64,000 nt of DNA from Spirochaetia bacterium (GTDB lineage Bacteria > Spirochaetota > Spirochaetia > WTKD01 > G963693115). The position numbers and the translations under genes are program-made. Below are positions 28,757 to 40,607 of the stretch, one piece after another. The notes below the pieces were generated by a model, which saw nothing but the letters and a program-made list of their open reading frames with translations, was not told the origin of the DNA and made no database searches. Position 1 is the stretch's first letter. Each line of letters starts with the position of its first letter. The stretch spans positions 32,001 through 96,000 of the forward strand of contig CBDDCA010000006.1 in NCBI GenBank assembly GCA_965226055.1, in the 5' to 3' direction.

Positions 28757-30130
28757 CTACGAATATGAAGCCCGCATTATACGATCGTACAAAGCACTAT
28801 GACAACTATACTGAGGAATACATACAAATAATGCATCAAGCTGCAACCTATCACTAGTAGCAAAATATTCATACAGCCTCTGGGCTAACTCTTGCCAAGA
28901 AGAAAATAAACGTACCATACTGAGAGACGGTATTATACGCGTATCTACAATAGCATTATACAACACTTGATACATATCCTGAGAAATAGGACCTAACACA
29001 AGGCCAATAGTATGATACTGATGTACAAGATCCTTTTGTAAAAACGGAATAATACTATCGTATACTATTTTTTCTACACCTTGTTTCCTGTCTTTTTTTA
29101 TAGAGAATGTATTTGAACATGCACTATTATCATCATTATCAAACACAATAGTATCAAGAGGAATTACTTTTGCATGGGGAGCATAATGACGATACTTTGT
29201 CCCTGGAACCGATGCTATAATAGGAGCAGTATGAATACGAGAAACAGAACTGTCTTCATACATGGTATTTCTTTCTGATAGAGTACTTGTATCTATAGTG
29301 CGTACTTCTTTTGTTTTTTGCTGATGATGTTGCACCATATCTATTACTTGCAACCCTGTCTTTTCATGGATAGTATGTGCGTTAATACTTCCTGCACGAA
29401 CAATACACACACTATTACGGTATATATCTCCATCACTCTGATAGGCATCACTATGATTACCCCTTTCTTTATGCTGAGCATTATGACGCAAGGATATTCC
29501 AATAGAGTCAACAGTACAATCAACAATGGTAGACTCCAATCCAACATCACACTGACCACCGTCCACTATAGCAGAAACTCGACCAGACATCGCTTCCCAT
29601 GCCATAAGAGCATTCGTAGGACTAGGAAACCCTGAGACATTAGCACTCGGAGCAGCTAAAGGCTTTCCAAATGCAGCAATAATATCCTTAAATACAGAAT
29701 GCGCAGGAATACGTAAGGCAACCGTCTGCCCTCCTGCTCTTGCTATCGTACTTACTGCTTGACTAGCAAATGTAATAACACTTATAGGACCAGGAGCAAA
29801 CGCTCTTAAAATTGTCAGTGCCTTATTATAAGTACATGTATACCAATCAATCATCTTTTGCTTATCTTGTACAGATTCCAAATCTTCACTTCCTTGTGTA
29901 TAGTTCCAGCACATATACTGCTGTGCCATCTCTACATCAGAACAATGTACAATCAAAGGATTATCAACAGGACGATTTTTCAATACAAAAATATTTCTAC
30001 ACGCTATATCAGACTCAGCATTCCCTGCAAGCCCATACACAGTCTCAGTAGGAACAACAACAGGTTGATTTTGTTGCAAATAGCGTATTACCCTGCTATA
30101 CTCCTTTGTTTCAATAAGATGTGTTCTCAT
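28757..30130 (-). CDS. sua5: L-threonylcarbamoyladenylate synthase (Sua5/TsaC)
   Basis: PTETVYGL, KNRPVDNPLIVH, PGP, ALRIPAH, APSANVSG, GLESTIVD, PGTKYRHYAP. Confidence 0.92.
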   Translation of the reverse strand: MRTHLIETKEYSRVIRYLQQNQPVVVPTETVYGLAGNAESDIACRNIFVLKNRPVDNPLIVHCSDVEMAQQYMCWNYTQGSEDLESVQDKQKMIDWYTCTYNKALTILRAFAPGPISVITFASQAVSTIARAGGQTVALRIPAHSVFKDIIAAFGKPLAAPSANVSGFPSPTNALMAWEAMSGRVSAIVDGGQCDVGLESTIVDCTVDSIGISLRHNAQHKERGNHSDAYQSDGDIYRNSVCIVRAGSINAHTIHEKTGLQVIDMVQHHQQKTKEVRTIDTSTLSERNTMYEDSSVSRIHTAPIIASVPGTKYRHYAPHAKVIPLDTIVFDNDDNSACSNTFSIKKDRKQGVEKIVYDSIIPFLQKDLVHQYHTIGLVLGPISQDMYQVLYNAIVDTRIIPSLSMVRLFSSWQELAQRLYEYFATSDRLQLDALFVCIPQYSCHSALYDRIMRASYS

Positions 30131-30282
30131 ATATGTATAATAGCACTAACATATACCTTACACCAACCTAATAGTACATATTATGGTATAGGATATTGTT
30201 GCTATAATGTACATTCTTTCTTTCTTGCATCCATCCCGTACAATTATGGTTTTTTTGCTATACTTATTATGGAGGACAGTAT

Positions 30283-31086
30283 ATGCTTATCTATTATAAT
30301 CAGAACGATACAAAAAATTCACTTAATTATATTACAGAGTTACATGGCAAACATAGCACCATGCTCATGGACTTTGCTTTATTACAGCTCAATAATGAAA
30401 GCTACCGCTTTCATACACAGAACAAAGAGCTTGCATTGCTTTTGATGACTGGGGAAGCTACGCTCAAATGGGGAAATAGCTCAGAGAAAATCAAAAGAAC
30501 ATCCCTTTTAGACGAAGCTCCCATTACTTTGCATTGTCCTTGTGATACAGAAATACACATAGAAGCTCATGGCAAAGTAGAGTTTGCATTACAACTCACA
30601 GAAAACAGTACTCAGTTTACTCCTCTCTTATACAATGCGTCCAATATACGCAATGAATACTTTGGAAAAGGAAGCATGCAAAATACATCCACAAGAAATG
30701 TACGAACTATATTTGATGCAGCAACAGCACCACAGTCAAACATGGTTATTGGTGAAGTGGTTAATTATCCCGGAAAATGGTCTAGCTATCCCCCACACAA
30801 TCATCCGCAACCAGAAGTATACCATTATCGTTTTTTCCCTGAACATGGCTTTGGATATGGCGAAGTAGGTGATGCTATTTATAAACTCAAACATAAATCT
30901 ACTCTTTTGATTGAACCATGGGTAACACATCCACAATGTTCTGCACCTGGCTATGCCATGTACTATATATGGATGATACCTCATCTTAAAGACGCAAAGT
31001 TTGGTCCAGACAGTCGTATGTTCGTAGACGAACATAAATGGCTTCTAGATCCTCATGCTGATATTTGGCAAGCTCCAATAGAATAA
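30283..31086 (+). CDS. iolB: 5-deoxy-glucuronate isomerase IolB family
   Basis: GEVVNYPGKWSSYPPHNH, PEVYHYRF, HPQCSAPGYAMYYIW; RBS GGAGG. Confidence 0.85.
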   Translation: MLIYYNQNDTKNSLNYITELHGKHSTMLMDFALLQLNNESYRFHTQNKELALLLMTGEATLKWGNSSEKIKRTSLLDEAPITLHCPCDTEIHIEAHGKVEFALQLTENSTQFTPLLYNASNIRNEYFGKGSMQNTSTRNVRTIFDAATAPQSNMVIGEVVNYPGKWSSYPPHNHPQPEVYHYRFFPEHGFGYGEVGDAIYKLKHKSTLLIEPWVTHPQCSAPGYAMYYIWMIPHLKDAKFGPDSRMFVDEHKWLLDPHADIWQAPIE

Positions 31087-31118
31087 ACCAGATAAATTAC
31101 AAAGAGCATATACAACTA

Positions 31119-31904
31119 CTAGATTGCATGTATTTGTTCTAAAAAAAGCTTTGTTCTTTCACTTTTTGGATTAACAAAAAAAGTTTCTACTGGTTGTTCC
31201 TCAACTATATTCCCTTCATCCATAAAAATAACCCTATGAGCCACTTTTTTTGCAAACCCCATCTCATGAGTAACACAAATCATAGTCATCCCATCCTTTG
31301 CTAACTCTATCATTACATCAAGTACCTCATTAATCATTTCTGGATCAAGTGCCGAAGTAGGTTCATCAAACAGCATAATATCAGGTTTCATACAAAGACT
31401 CCGTGCAATCGCAGCACGTTGTTGCTGTCCTCCTGAAAGCTGTGAAGGATATTTATACGCATGATCTACAATACGTACACGATCTAAATACTCTAACGCT
31501 TGTTCTTCAGCTTCTTTTTTTGATATTTTTCGTACTAGTATAGGAGATAAAGTTAAATTCTGTAACACAGTGAGGTGAGGAAAAAGATTATAGCTTTGAA
31601 ATACCATCCCAACCTCTGATCGAATAAGTGTTATTTGTTTACTATTATTTGTAAGTTTCTGTCCATGTACAAAAATATCACCTTTTTGACATACCTCAAG
31701 TCGATTTATACAACGAATAAGAGTAGATTTTCCTGATCCTGAGGGACCACAAATAACTACAATTTCTCTTTTTGACACAGTAAGATTAATATCTTTTAAT
31801 ACTTGAAAATCACCATACCATTTATTGACATTTCTCATTTCAATAATATGCTCTGATGTATCTGTAGGCAAATCAAGATGCGTAACTTTTTTTATATCTT
31901 CCAT
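31119..31904 (-). CDS. amino-acid ABC transporter ATP-binding protein (AapP-like)
   Basis: [39 protein letters not shown]. Confidence 0.93.
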   Translation of the reverse strand: MEDIKKVTHLDLPTDTSEHIIEMRNVNKWYGDFQVLKDINLTVSKREIVVICGPSGSGKSTLIRCINRLEVCQKGDIFVHGQKLTNNSKQITLIRSEVGMVFQSYNLFPHLTVLQNLTLSPILVRKISKKEAEEQALEYLDRVRIVDHAYKYPSQLSGGQQQRAAIARSLCMKPDIMLFDEPTSALDPEMINEVLDVMIELAKDGMTMICVTHEMGFAKKVAHRVIFMDEGNIVEEQPVETFFVNPKSERTKLFLEQIHAI

Positions 31905-32998
31905 TATAATGAAACTCCTCTTCTATCTTTATTGATTCTTTTATCGGCTATACGCACAAATGTAGCGATAATATAACATAGCACCCAATACAGTATGCCA
32001 CTAAAAATTAAGGCTTCTGGCTCCATACCTAACCAAAGAGAATCGCTTGTAACAGGAACATATATTCCTAGCATATCAAAAAGACCTATAATATATACTA
32101 AAGTAGAATCTTTTATAAAAGCAACACTAATATCCCCAATATTGATAATGACAGTACGAAGTGCCTGAGGCAAAATAACATAATACATTTTATAAAAATA
32201 ATTAAGCCCTAGAGAATCTGCTGATTCGTACTGTGCTTTATTGATATCCTGTAAACCACCTCTAATAATCTCAGCTAAATAGGCAGATTGAAAAAACACC
32301 AAACCAATAATAATACGTAGCACTTTAGGAACTTCATAGCCCTGTGGCAAGAAAAACAAAGCAACAGTAGATGCCATAAATAAAATAGTAATAAGAGGAA
32401 TACCCCTAAAAAACTCTATATATCCTACTGAAAAATACCTCACTATTGGTAATTTTGAACGCCTTCCAAGAGATAGTAACAAACCAAGAGGAAATGAAAA
32501 CATAAGTCCAAACAGAGATAACAGAGCAGTAAGCATAAAGCCTCCCCATTTATCAAATGGTATCTCTTTAAGTCCCCAAAACCCACCATATGCTAAAATA
32601 TATGTACAAAGAGGAAATACCCCTAAATATACAAGAAATAACAATGATTTATTTTTTATCTTCTTCACAAAAAATAACATCATCAAAAGTATAATCAATA
32701 CAAACAAGATATTTATACGCCAATATTCACTACGTGGAACAAACCCATAGATAAAAAATAAAAATTTTTCACGAATAAATATCCAACAAGCTCCCCCATT
32801 ATCAAAACAAATCTGCTTTGAATCACCAGTAAATGTAGCTGTAGTAATACCCCAATGAACCGCCTTACTCACTAACTGCACAAGTACATATAATACAACC
32901 ACACTGATGATAGTATTAGTAACAGAGCCAAAAAGGTTTCTTATAATAAACCGAGTACGCGAAACTAAAACATTATTTTTTAACTGAGTCTTTTTCAT
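31904..32998 (-). CDS. amino-acid ABC transporter permease (AapM-like)
   Basis: [36 protein letters not shown]. Confidence 0.9.
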   Translation of the reverse strand: MKKTQLKNNVLVSRTRFIIRNLFGSVTNTIISVVVLYVLVQLVSKAVHWGITTATFTGDSKQICFDNGGACWIFIREKFLFFIYGFVPRSEYWRINILFVLIILLMMLFFVKKIKNKSLLFLVYLGVFPLCTYILAYGGFWGLKEIPFDKWGGFMLTALLSLFGLMFSFPLGLLLSLGRRSKLPIVRYFSVGYIEFFRGIPLITILFMASTVALFFLPQGYEVPKVLRIIIGLVFFQSAYLAEIIRGGLQDINKAQYESADSLGLNYFYKMYYVILPQALRTVIINIGDISVAFIKDSTLVYIIGLFDMLGIYVPVTSDSLWLGMEPEALIFSGILYWVLCYIIATFVRIADKRINKDRRGVSL

Positions 32999-33021
32999 GT
33001 TCTATCCTTTCCTTTTCTCCC

Positions 33022-34215
33022 TTATGTAAGAACCTTTTTATTATACATATTCATCAAAAACGAAGTAAAAGCACTAATAAGAAAATATGTCAACATTACC
33101 ATAGTCATAATCTCTAAAGCTCGCCCTGATTGATTAAGTGCTGTCCCTGCAAATACCGCTACAATATCAGAATACCCAACAGCAGATGCCAACGATGAAT
33201 TTTTTATAATATTAAGGTACTGATTGGTAAGAGGCGGTATCATAGAACGCAATGCAAGAGGCATTATTATATATCGTACCCGTTGAAAATAATTTAAGCC
33301 TAAACTATGAGATGCTTCAATTTGATTCTTCGGTATTGCTAAAATAGAAGAACGCAGTATAATTGCAATATATCCAGATGTATAAAATGCAAGCGCTGCT
33401 ACAAGCGCAAACAACTCGGGATATAAGGTAAACCCTGATGTAAAACTAAATTTCCCTTTCACTGGTAATGTTATATCAAATGGGGGAACAAACAATAATA
33501 TCAACACTATAGCAGATAGTAATAATACATTCCACCATACCACTCGTACTGGCTTTCCTTGTAATGCTTTTTTCTTTGAGTATATAAGCATTCCTATTAT
33601 AGCTACTACACAACATACAAGCAATACCATCGATAACAAGCTGTTTTGATGCCATACAAACCCTGGCATCGTCATTCCTTTAATACTTAAGAAAACAATA
33701 TCAAAAAATGAAATAGCTTTATCAAAATCTGGCAAAATTCGCTGTACTACTACTATATACCAAAATAAAACATGCAACAACGGAGGAAGATTACGTATAA
33801 TCTCAATGAGATACTCAGAAATACTTTTTAACAACACATTATTTGATAACAAAAACAACCCAATGATAACCCCAAGCACTGTTGCAATGACAATAGCTAT
33901 AAATGACGCAAACAAAGTATTAAGTAAGCCAACAAGATACACCCTAAAATAGCTATCAGAAGGATCATAGTCAATGAGTGTTTGCCCAATTGAAAAACTT
34001 GCGGTATCATCTAAGAACCCAAAACCAATAGTAATATTTCTCTGAGCAATATTAGTTATATAGTTATTAAATAAGAAAACAATCATTAAAGCAAACAGTC
34101 CTACCATCACTGTTTGTATAGCTATACTATATAATGATGCTTTATGATCACTTAATGACTGTGATTTCCAAAAAAATATTTTTGAAATATTTGACTTAAA
34201 TTCATTCTGTTTCAT
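33022..34215 (-). CDS. amino-acid ABC transporter permease (AapQ-like)
   Basis: GFGFL, VGLLNTL, RNLPPLL, PELFAL, IPPLTNQYLNIIKNSSLA. Confidence 0.9.
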   Translation of the reverse strand: MKQNEFKSNISKIFFWKSQSLSDHKASLYSIAIQTVMVGLFALMIVFLFNNYITNIAQRNITIGFGFLDDTASFSIGQTLIDYDPSDSYFRVYLVGLLNTLFASFIAIVIATVLGVIIGLFLLSNNVLLKSISEYLIEIIRNLPPLLHVLFWYIVVVQRILPDFDKAISFFDIVFLSIKGMTMPGFVWHQNSLLSMVLLVCCVVAIIGMLIYSKKKALQGKPVRVVWWNVLLLSAIVLILLFVPPFDITLPVKGKFSFTSGFTLYPELFALVAALAFYTSGYIAIILRSSILAIPKNQIEASHSLGLNYFQRVRYIIMPLALRSMIPPLTNQYLNIIKNSSLASAVGYSDIVAVFAGTALNQSGRALEIMTMVMLTYFLISAFTSFLMNMYNKKVLT

Positions 34216-34295
34216 ATGGTCTAACTTGTATTGTTTATTTTGCTATACAATAGATTACTACACAATAGAGAAAATATACAATCGCACAACATACA

Positions 34296-34331
34296 CCTTT
34301 AATGGTAATACATATGCATTACCATTAAAGG
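34296..34331. terminator. intra-operon stem-loop after the substrate-binding protein gene
   Basis: 14-bp stem cctttaatggtaat/attaccattaaagg. Confidence 0.65.
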
Positions 34332-34343
34332 CTCTATCATGAC

Positions 34344-35408
34344 TTATCGAATTGGATATCCGTATTGTAATCCTCCATTAAACCAAAGAGCATTATACCC
34401 ACGTGATAACTGTAAAGGAGAACCTTTTCCTAAATGTCTTTCAAACACTTCTCCATAATTACCTACTTGAACTATGATATTGTATGCCCAATTATTATCA
34501 AGACCAAGCTTTTGCCCCATGTTTCCTTCGGTGCCTAAAAGCCGTCTTACACCAGGATTAACCGAACTAGAGACCATCAATTCCACATTGCTTGAAGAAA
34601 TATTTAATTCTTCAGCATTGACCATTGCAAGCATTGACCATCGTACTATATCAAGCCATTGATCATCGCCATGACGTACTACTGGACCTAATGGTTCTTT
34701 AGAAATAAGATCAGGGAGTACCATATAATCATCTGGATTGGCAAACTTAGTACGCAATGCAGCTAGCTGAGATTGATCTGAAGTAAACGATTCACAACGC
34801 CCTGATTCAAAGGCTGCTGCAGCTTGTTCATTTTTATCAAATGAAAGAATTTCAAAATCAAAATTTCGTTCTCTAAAATGATCAGTAAGATTGAGTTCTG
34901 TAGTAGTACCTGCTTGAACACATATAGAAGCTCCATCTAAATCTGCTATTGCAACAATCCCTTCTGATTTCTTTACAATAAATCCTTGCCCATCATAGTA
35001 GTTTATACCTGCGAAATTCAAACCAAGCTCTGTATCTCTTGAAAATGTCCAAGTAGTGACACGAGAGAGAATATCAATTTCCCCTGACTGTAGTGCAGTA
35101 AAACGATCTTTGCCAGTAAGAGGGCGATATTCAACTTTATTAGAATCGCCAAATATTGCAGCAGAGACTGCTCGACACACATCTACATCAAAGCCTATCC
35201 ATTCATTACTACTATTGGGGGCAGAATATCCCGGTACTCCTGTAGTAACCCCACAAAGCACCTCACCTCTGTCCCTTACAATATCAAGAGTGGACTTAAC
35301 AACTTCTTTCTCTTCAGTGCGAGAAGATTGCTGTGATCCTCCACACGCAACTAAAAATAACAATGCTATAACGATAGTTATATACACTATATTATGAAAT
35401 TTCTTCAT
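34344..35408 (-). CDS. amino-acid ABC transporter substrate-binding lipoprotein (AapJ/BztA-like)
   Basis: Lipobox LVAC; GFDVDVCRAV, RFTALQSGEID, YYDGQGF, GTTTELN, ISKEPLGP, GNYGE. Confidence 0.92.
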   Translation of the reverse strand: MKKFHNIVYITIVIALLFLVACGGSQQSSRTEEKEVVKSTLDIVRDRGEVLCGVTTGVPGYSAPNSSNEWIGFDVDVCRAVSAAIFGDSNKVEYRPLTGKDRFTALQSGEIDILSRVTTWTFSRDTELGLNFAGINYYDGQGFIVKKSEGIVAIADLDGASICVQAGTTTELNLTDHFRERNFDFEILSFDKNEQAAAAFESGRCESFTSDQSQLAALRTKFANPDDYMVLPDLISKEPLGPVVRHGDDQWLDIVRWSMLAMVNAEELNISSSNVELMVSSSVNPGVRRLLGTEGNMGQKLGLDNNWAYNIIVQVGNYGEVFERHLGKGSPLQLSRGYNALWFNGGLQYGYPIR

Positions 35409-35696
35409 AATACCTCCTAAATTTTTTAATAATTTTATTCATATACTATACCAGAAAAAACAACAAAAAATTATTTCATATATTCTTTCCTTCTTTTAAT
35501 TACATATATGTAATATATTATGCAATTATTACCTTTTTGTCAATACCCTTTAATAAAAAATATAGCAAAAAAGCTGAAAATATAGAGTTTTTCTATCTCG
35601 TACACCTACTGTATAAAAAAATTTCCGTAGATATACTGTATTACAATATATATCCTAGCATAACTATAATCAGAGTCTTTTTATCATAAGCACCTG

Positions 35697-36725
35697 CTAC
35701 TGTGAGCGTAATCTCTGCTTTAATACATCAAGAATAACTGCCAAAATAATAATCACCCCACGAATAACCTGTTGCCAATATGCATTTACAAAGAGCAAGT
35801 CAAGGCTATTTTTTAACACCCCTATAATAAGAGCTCCTACTACTGTTCCGGGAATACTTCCTACTCCTCCTAACAGGCTTGTTCCTCCAATAACAGATGA
35901 GGCTATAGCATCTAGCTCATACAGTACTCCTAGTATTGGCTGAGCACTATCGAGAATACCTGTTATCATAATTCCTGCTAAACCAGCAAGAAACCCTGCA
36001 TAAGTATAAAATCGAACTAAATACTTTGAAGTATCAATTCCTGATACTTGAGCTGCTTTAACATTTCCTCCAATAGCGTAGGCATAGCGTCCAAAACGCG
36101 TCGAAGATAAGAGTATATGCGTAAATATTACCATCACAATAAGTATATATATAGGAATTGGCACTCCTAAAAATTTCCCTTGTCCTAACACCTTAAACAT
36201 AGGGTTAAGACCGCTAATAGAAGTACCTTTTGCATATATTAGTGCAAAGCCTCGTGCAGAGGTCATCATACCCAATGTAGCAATAAAAGGGGGTATTCCT
36301 GTTTTACTTACCAACCATCCATTTATAAACCCTGCTAAGGCACCAACAAGCAATCCTGCTACAATAGGAATAATAAACGGTAACGTTGGCATATTGGGAA
36401 AAATGAGATTACTTGCCTTCCCAGAAACTTGTGCTAAACTTGCTGACACGACTGCCGAACAAGCAAGTACCGATCCAGAAGATAAATCAATTCCGTTCGT
36501 TATAATAATAATTGTTACCCCTAACGCAATAAGAGTGATAGGGGTCATGTTAACAAGAATATTAGAAATATTTCTCAGATTCAATGTTTTTCCATTGGTA
36601 AGAAAGGAAAACACCACTAACATTCCTAATAAAATAATTCCAATACCATATTTTTGAATAAATTCAACTCGTACAAGTCGTTTTTTTGCATCTTGCTGCA
36701 ATGTCTCTCTTGATCCTATCGGCAT
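35697..36725 (-). CDS. sugar ABC transporter permease (CUT2/RbsC family)
   Basis: GIDLSSG, PPFIATLG, GRYAYAIGGN, YELDAIA..VIGG. Confidence 0.9.
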   Translation of the reverse strand: MPIGSRETLQQDAKKRLVRVEFIQKYGIGIILLGMLVVFSFLTNGKTLNLRNISNILVNMTPITLIALGVTIIIITNGIDLSSGSVLACSAVVSASLAQVSGKASNLIFPNMPTLPFIIPIVAGLLVGALAGFINGWLVSKTGIPPFIATLGMMTSARGFALIYAKGTSISGLNPMFKVLGQGKFLGVPIPIYILIVMVIFTHILLSSTRFGRYAYAIGGNVKAAQVSGIDTSKYLVRFYTYAGFLAGLAGIMITGILDSAQPILGVLYELDAIASSVIGGTSLLGGVGSIPGTVVGALIIGVLKNSLDLLFVNAYWQQVIRGVIIILAVILDVLKQRLRSQ

Positions 36726-36737
36726 AATTATCCTCCT

Positions 36738-38267
36738 TTACTTATATAGACTTTCATCAAATGTACTTAAACTTTCACCCGTTGCTAAATGCAATATTTT
36801 CTCTTGTGTTGCTTCAGCACGTGATAACTCTCCTGACTTCTTCCCTTCATGCATAACAATTATCCTATCAGACATACCAAGTACTTCAGGTAATTCAGAC
36901 GATACCATAATAATACTTTTCCCTTGTTGTGCAAGTCCTGACATCAATCTATGTATTTCCGATTTAGCCCCTACATCAATACCGCGTGTAGGTTCATCCA
37001 AAATCAGAATATCAGGATTGATAAGAAGCCACCGGGCGACAAGTACCTTTTGCTGATTTCCGCCACTAAGATTAACAATAAGCTGTTCAAGGGTTGGGGT
37101 TTTAATTTTCAAAAGTTCTTTAGAATGAAAACCATCTTTTCTAATGGCAGATTTATCCAATAACCCTACTTTTTCGTACTCTTTCATATTTGCCATAGCA
37201 ATGTTATCCAACACAGACAAAATAAGATATAGGCCTGACAACTTTCTATCCTCTGTGAGTAACGATATACCATTATCTATAGCATCGCGTGGACTACGAA
37301 TAGTGATAGGTTCTCCATTCAATGTAACCGAACCACTTGTTTTCTGTGTAACACCAAAAAGACATTCTAATACCTCTGTTCTCCCTGAACCTATTAGTCC
37401 TGCAAAACCAAGTATCTCGCCTTTTCGTAACTCAAAACTTACATCATGAAATACTCCTCTCTGAGTAAGATTATCTACAGAAAGCACTACTTCCCCAATA
37501 TCTGCAGGTTGTTTAGGAAATAATTGATTGATTTCCCGCCCTACCATCATTTGAATCAATGTTTCTTTATTTATATCCTTAGTAAAACATTCTCCAATAA
37601 ATTCACCATCACGAAACACTGATATATCATCAGTAATCTTAAACACTTCGTCCATCTTATGAGTAATAAAAATAATAGCGACTCCATTATCCCTTAGCTT
37701 ATTTACTATCCGAAAAAGATGCGCTACTTCGCTTTCAGTAATGGCACTGGTTGGTTCATCCATAATAATAAGATCAGAGTTATACGATATTGCCTTTGCT
37801 ATTTCTATCATTTGTGTTTGTCCAACACTCAAATCAACCATGTTACTTTTTGGGTCAATTTTAATCTCTAACTCACTCAGTAAGTTTTTAGCGTTGTCAT
37901 TCATTTTCGGAAAATCTATCAGAAGATTAGAAAATCTACGCGGCTCTCTTCCAAGAAAAATATTTTCCGCTACCGTCATATACGGTACAGGATTTAATTC
38001 CTGATGAATCATAGAAATTCCCATGTCAAGAGCATCTTGTGTAGAACGAAAATGCACTTGTTTCCCCTTAAAGAACACTTCCCCTTCATCTGGAGTATGA
38101 ATTCCAATTAAGATCTTCATGAGAGTAGATTTTCCTGCACCGTTCTCTCCCATAAGTGCATGTACTTTGCCTTTTCGTACTCTCAAGTCCACCGACTTTA
38201 GTGCTTTGACTCCAGGAAAAGACTTCGATACTTTTTTAATTTCAAGTAAATAATCGTTTTGTTCCAT
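36738..38267 (-). CDS. sugar ABC transporter ATP-binding protein (MglA/RbsA family)
   Basis: [40 protein letters not shown]. Confidence 0.93.
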   Translation of the reverse strand: MEQNDYLLEIKKVSKSFPGVKALKSVDLRVRKGKVHALMGENGAGKSTLMKILIGIHTPDEGEVFFKGKQVHFRSTQDALDMGISMIHQELNPVPYMTVAENIFLGREPRRFSNLLIDFPKMNDNAKNLLSELEIKIDPKSNMVDLSVGQTQMIEIAKAISYNSDLIIMDEPTSAITESEVAHLFRIVNKLRDNGVAIIFITHKMDEVFKITDDISVFRDGEFIGECFTKDINKETLIQMMVGREINQLFPKQPADIGEVVLSVDNLTQRGVFHDVSFELRKGEILGFAGLIGSGRTEVLECLFGVTQKTSGSVTLNGEPITIRSPRDAIDNGISLLTEDRKLSGLYLILSVLDNIAMANMKEYEKVGLLDKSAIRKDGFHSKELLKIKTPTLEQLIVNLSGGNQQKVLVARWLLINPDILILDEPTRGIDVGAKSEIHRLMSGLAQQGKSIIMVSSELPEVLGMSDRIIVMHEGKKSGELSRAEATQEKILHLATGESLSTFDESLYK

Positions 38268-38277
38268 ATATTTTCTC

Positions 38278-39309
38278 CTAAGACTTTACCTGATGTTTTC
38301 TTTGATCAATAATAACAGCCAAAATAATAATTATCCCTAGTGCTATCTGCTGTGCATAGGCTGATACATTGAGTATATCCATACCATTTTTAATAATACT
38401 AATGATCAAGGCTCCTACAAAGGTACCGGGAATAGTACCAATTCCCCCGTTTAGACTAGTTCCTCCAATAACCGCAGAGGCAATGGCAAATAGCTCATAA
38501 CTTAAACCAAGCCCTGCTTGTCCTGACCCAATACGTGCAGTAAGAACAACAGATGCTACGGCAACAAGCACCCCAGCAAAAATATACACAAACAAAGTGC
38601 ATAACTTTGTATTTATTCCAGAAACATATGCAGCTTTAGGGTTTGCTCCAATGGCATAAATATATCTTCCTAACCTTGTATTATTTAATATCATATGAGT
38701 GATAATACCAAAAATAATAAAAATCCATACAGGGTTGGGAATGCCAAATAAAAACCCTTGTCCTAAAACATTAAAAGAAGGGCTAAGTGCACTCAACGGA
38801 CGCCCTCCCGCATATATGAACGCAAGCCCACGAGCTGCAGTCATCATGCCTAATGTTGAAATAAATGGCGGTAAATTTCCCCATACAACTAATCCTCCGT
38901 TACTACATCCTATAATCGCACCTAATACCAGTCCTATCAGTATAGGAACAATGATAGGCAATACTGGTAAATTTGGATAGCGAATAAAAATACCTGTGCC
39001 TTTTTGTGTCTGTAATAGACTTGCTATAACAACAGAGATAAGTGCTAACACCGAACCAGAAGAGAGATCAATACCATGTGTGATAATAATCAATGTGACA
39101 CCAAAAGCAATTAAGCCAATCACACTTGTCTGGCGTATAATATTAAGAATATTATTCAGTGCAAGAAAACGCCCTTGTGTAGCAATAGCAAGAAACAAAA
39201 CAATACCAATAAAAATAAAATAAATACTATGTTTTATGATAAAGCGCTTAAACTGTACAGAAGATTTCTCTGTCGATACTGTAGCAGTACTATTAGATAA
39301 TTTTTCCAT
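38278..39309 (-). CDS. sugar ABC transporter permease (CUT2)
   Basis: [30 protein letters not shown]. Confidence 0.9.
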   Translation of the reverse strand: MEKLSNSTATVSTEKSSVQFKRFIIKHSIYFIFIGIVLFLAIATQGRFLALNNILNIIRQTSVIGLIAFGVTLIIITHGIDLSSGSVLALISVVIASLLQTQKGTGIFIRYPNLPVLPIIVPILIGLVLGAIIGCSNGGLVVWGNLPPFISTLGMMTAARGLAFIYAGGRPLSALSPSFNVLGQGFLFGIPNPVWIFIIFGIITHMILNNTRLGRYIYAIGANPKAAYVSGINTKLCTLFVYIFAGVLVAVASVVLTARIGSGQAGLGLSYELFAIASAVIGGTSLNGGIGTIPGTFVGALIISIIKNGMDILNVSAYAQQIALGIIIILAVIIDQRKHQVKS

Positions 39310-39375
39310 TACTCCTCCTTTTATATACCATTATACAACAAATAAATAAGCATATTATTTAATATATCAGAATAC

Positions 39376-39415
39376 AAAAAACTCCTATGGATATTTTATG
39401 CCATAGGAGTTTTTT
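39376..39415. terminator. stem-loop after the binding-protein gene
   Basis: 15-bp stem aaaaaactcctatgg/ccataggagtttttt. Confidence 0.75.
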
Positions 39416-39468
39416 ATCTATTGTATAACTATATGATGATTCATAGGGACATACCCCTTACCTTTATA

Positions 39469-40413
39469 TTACTTATATTGGATTGCGTTATCCTTTGTAA
39501 CTGGTTCAAAAGGAATAGATATACTCTGATTAAAGCTATCACCATTTATCATCTTTAATGCCACTTCCAATGATCCTTTTCCTTGAGCACGCCCATTTTG
39601 GAACATTGTCATATCCATATCACCAGCTTCCAGTGCGGCAATGCCATCTGGAGAAGCATCAACACCTACTACTATTACTGAGTCTTTCAGACCTCTTTCC
39701 TTTAATGCAAGTGCTGCTCCAATAGCCATTTCATCATTATTAGCAAACACTGCGTCAATTTTATCACCAGACGCAAGCCAGTTTTCCATTACTTGAATTG
39801 CTTCAGGCCTCTTCCAGTTTGCAGTTTGCTCTCTAATAATATTAAAACCAGGTGCATTTTGCGACAAATATTCTTCAACTCCTTGTGTTCTTCCTACTTG
39901 AGGAGCAGAACCTAATCCTCCTAAAAGAATAACAGCATTGCCACTTGTCCCTAGTTTCTCTACCACATATTTTGCTTGCCCTCTTCCTGCTTCTATTTCT
40001 GGAGAAGCTACCACTGCCACCATCTGTCCCTCAGGAACAGCTCCGTCAGCATTTGGTCTTCTATTCAGGTATACCAAAGGAATACCTGCTTCTATCGCCT
40101 TATTGGTAATAGTAGGGGCAATATCGTTATTGATAACATGAATAATAATGCCATCTACTTGGGCAGTAATAAAGTTATCAATCTGCTTCACTTGTTCTGC
40201 AGGGTCACTTTTTGCATCAGTAGCAATTATTTTAACCCCCATAGTTTGCGCAGTTGCTTCTATTTCATCTTTTACAGCAGTCATAAAGACATCGTCAAAA
40301 GTTTCAATAGTCACCCCTATCGTCACAGAGCCTCCTGATTCTCCTTCTCCATTAGCAAATATAGTAAAAGATACTATTACTGACAAAAACAAAACTAATA
40401 CTAGTTTTTTCAT
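39469..40413 (-). CDS. sugar (possibly inositol) ABC substrate-binding protein
   Basis: Signal peptide; DDVF, AGIPLVYLNR, QTANW, ANNDEMAIGA, GVD. Confidence 0.88.
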   Translation of the reverse strand: MKKLVLVLFLSVIVSFTIFANGEGESGGSVTIGVTIETFDDVFMTAVKDEIEATAQTMGVKIIATDAKSDPAEQVKQIDNFITAQVDGIIIHVINNDIAPTITNKAIEAGIPLVYLNRRPNADGAVPEGQMVAVVASPEIEAGRGQAKYVVEKLGTSGNAVILLGGLGSAPQVGRTQGVEEYLSQNAPGFNIIREQTANWKRPEAIQVMENWLASGDKIDAVFANNDEMAIGAALALKERGLKDSVIVVGVDASPDGIAALEAGDMDMTMFQNGRAQGKGSLEVALKMINGDSFNQSISIPFEPVTKDNAIQYK

Positions 40414-40607
40414 AAAAAAAATCCTCCTTTTATTATATCATTTAGTTATTTTGATAGTATACTATATTTAATTATTTTAGTCAAACAGAGAAAATAGAAA
40501 AATTTACAGTTTCCTTTACTCTCTACTAACAACAGTATGTCATCCCTTCATGAGCATACATACATCAATACAGTACCATACTTGCCTTTATATAGGCACA
40601 TCTATTC

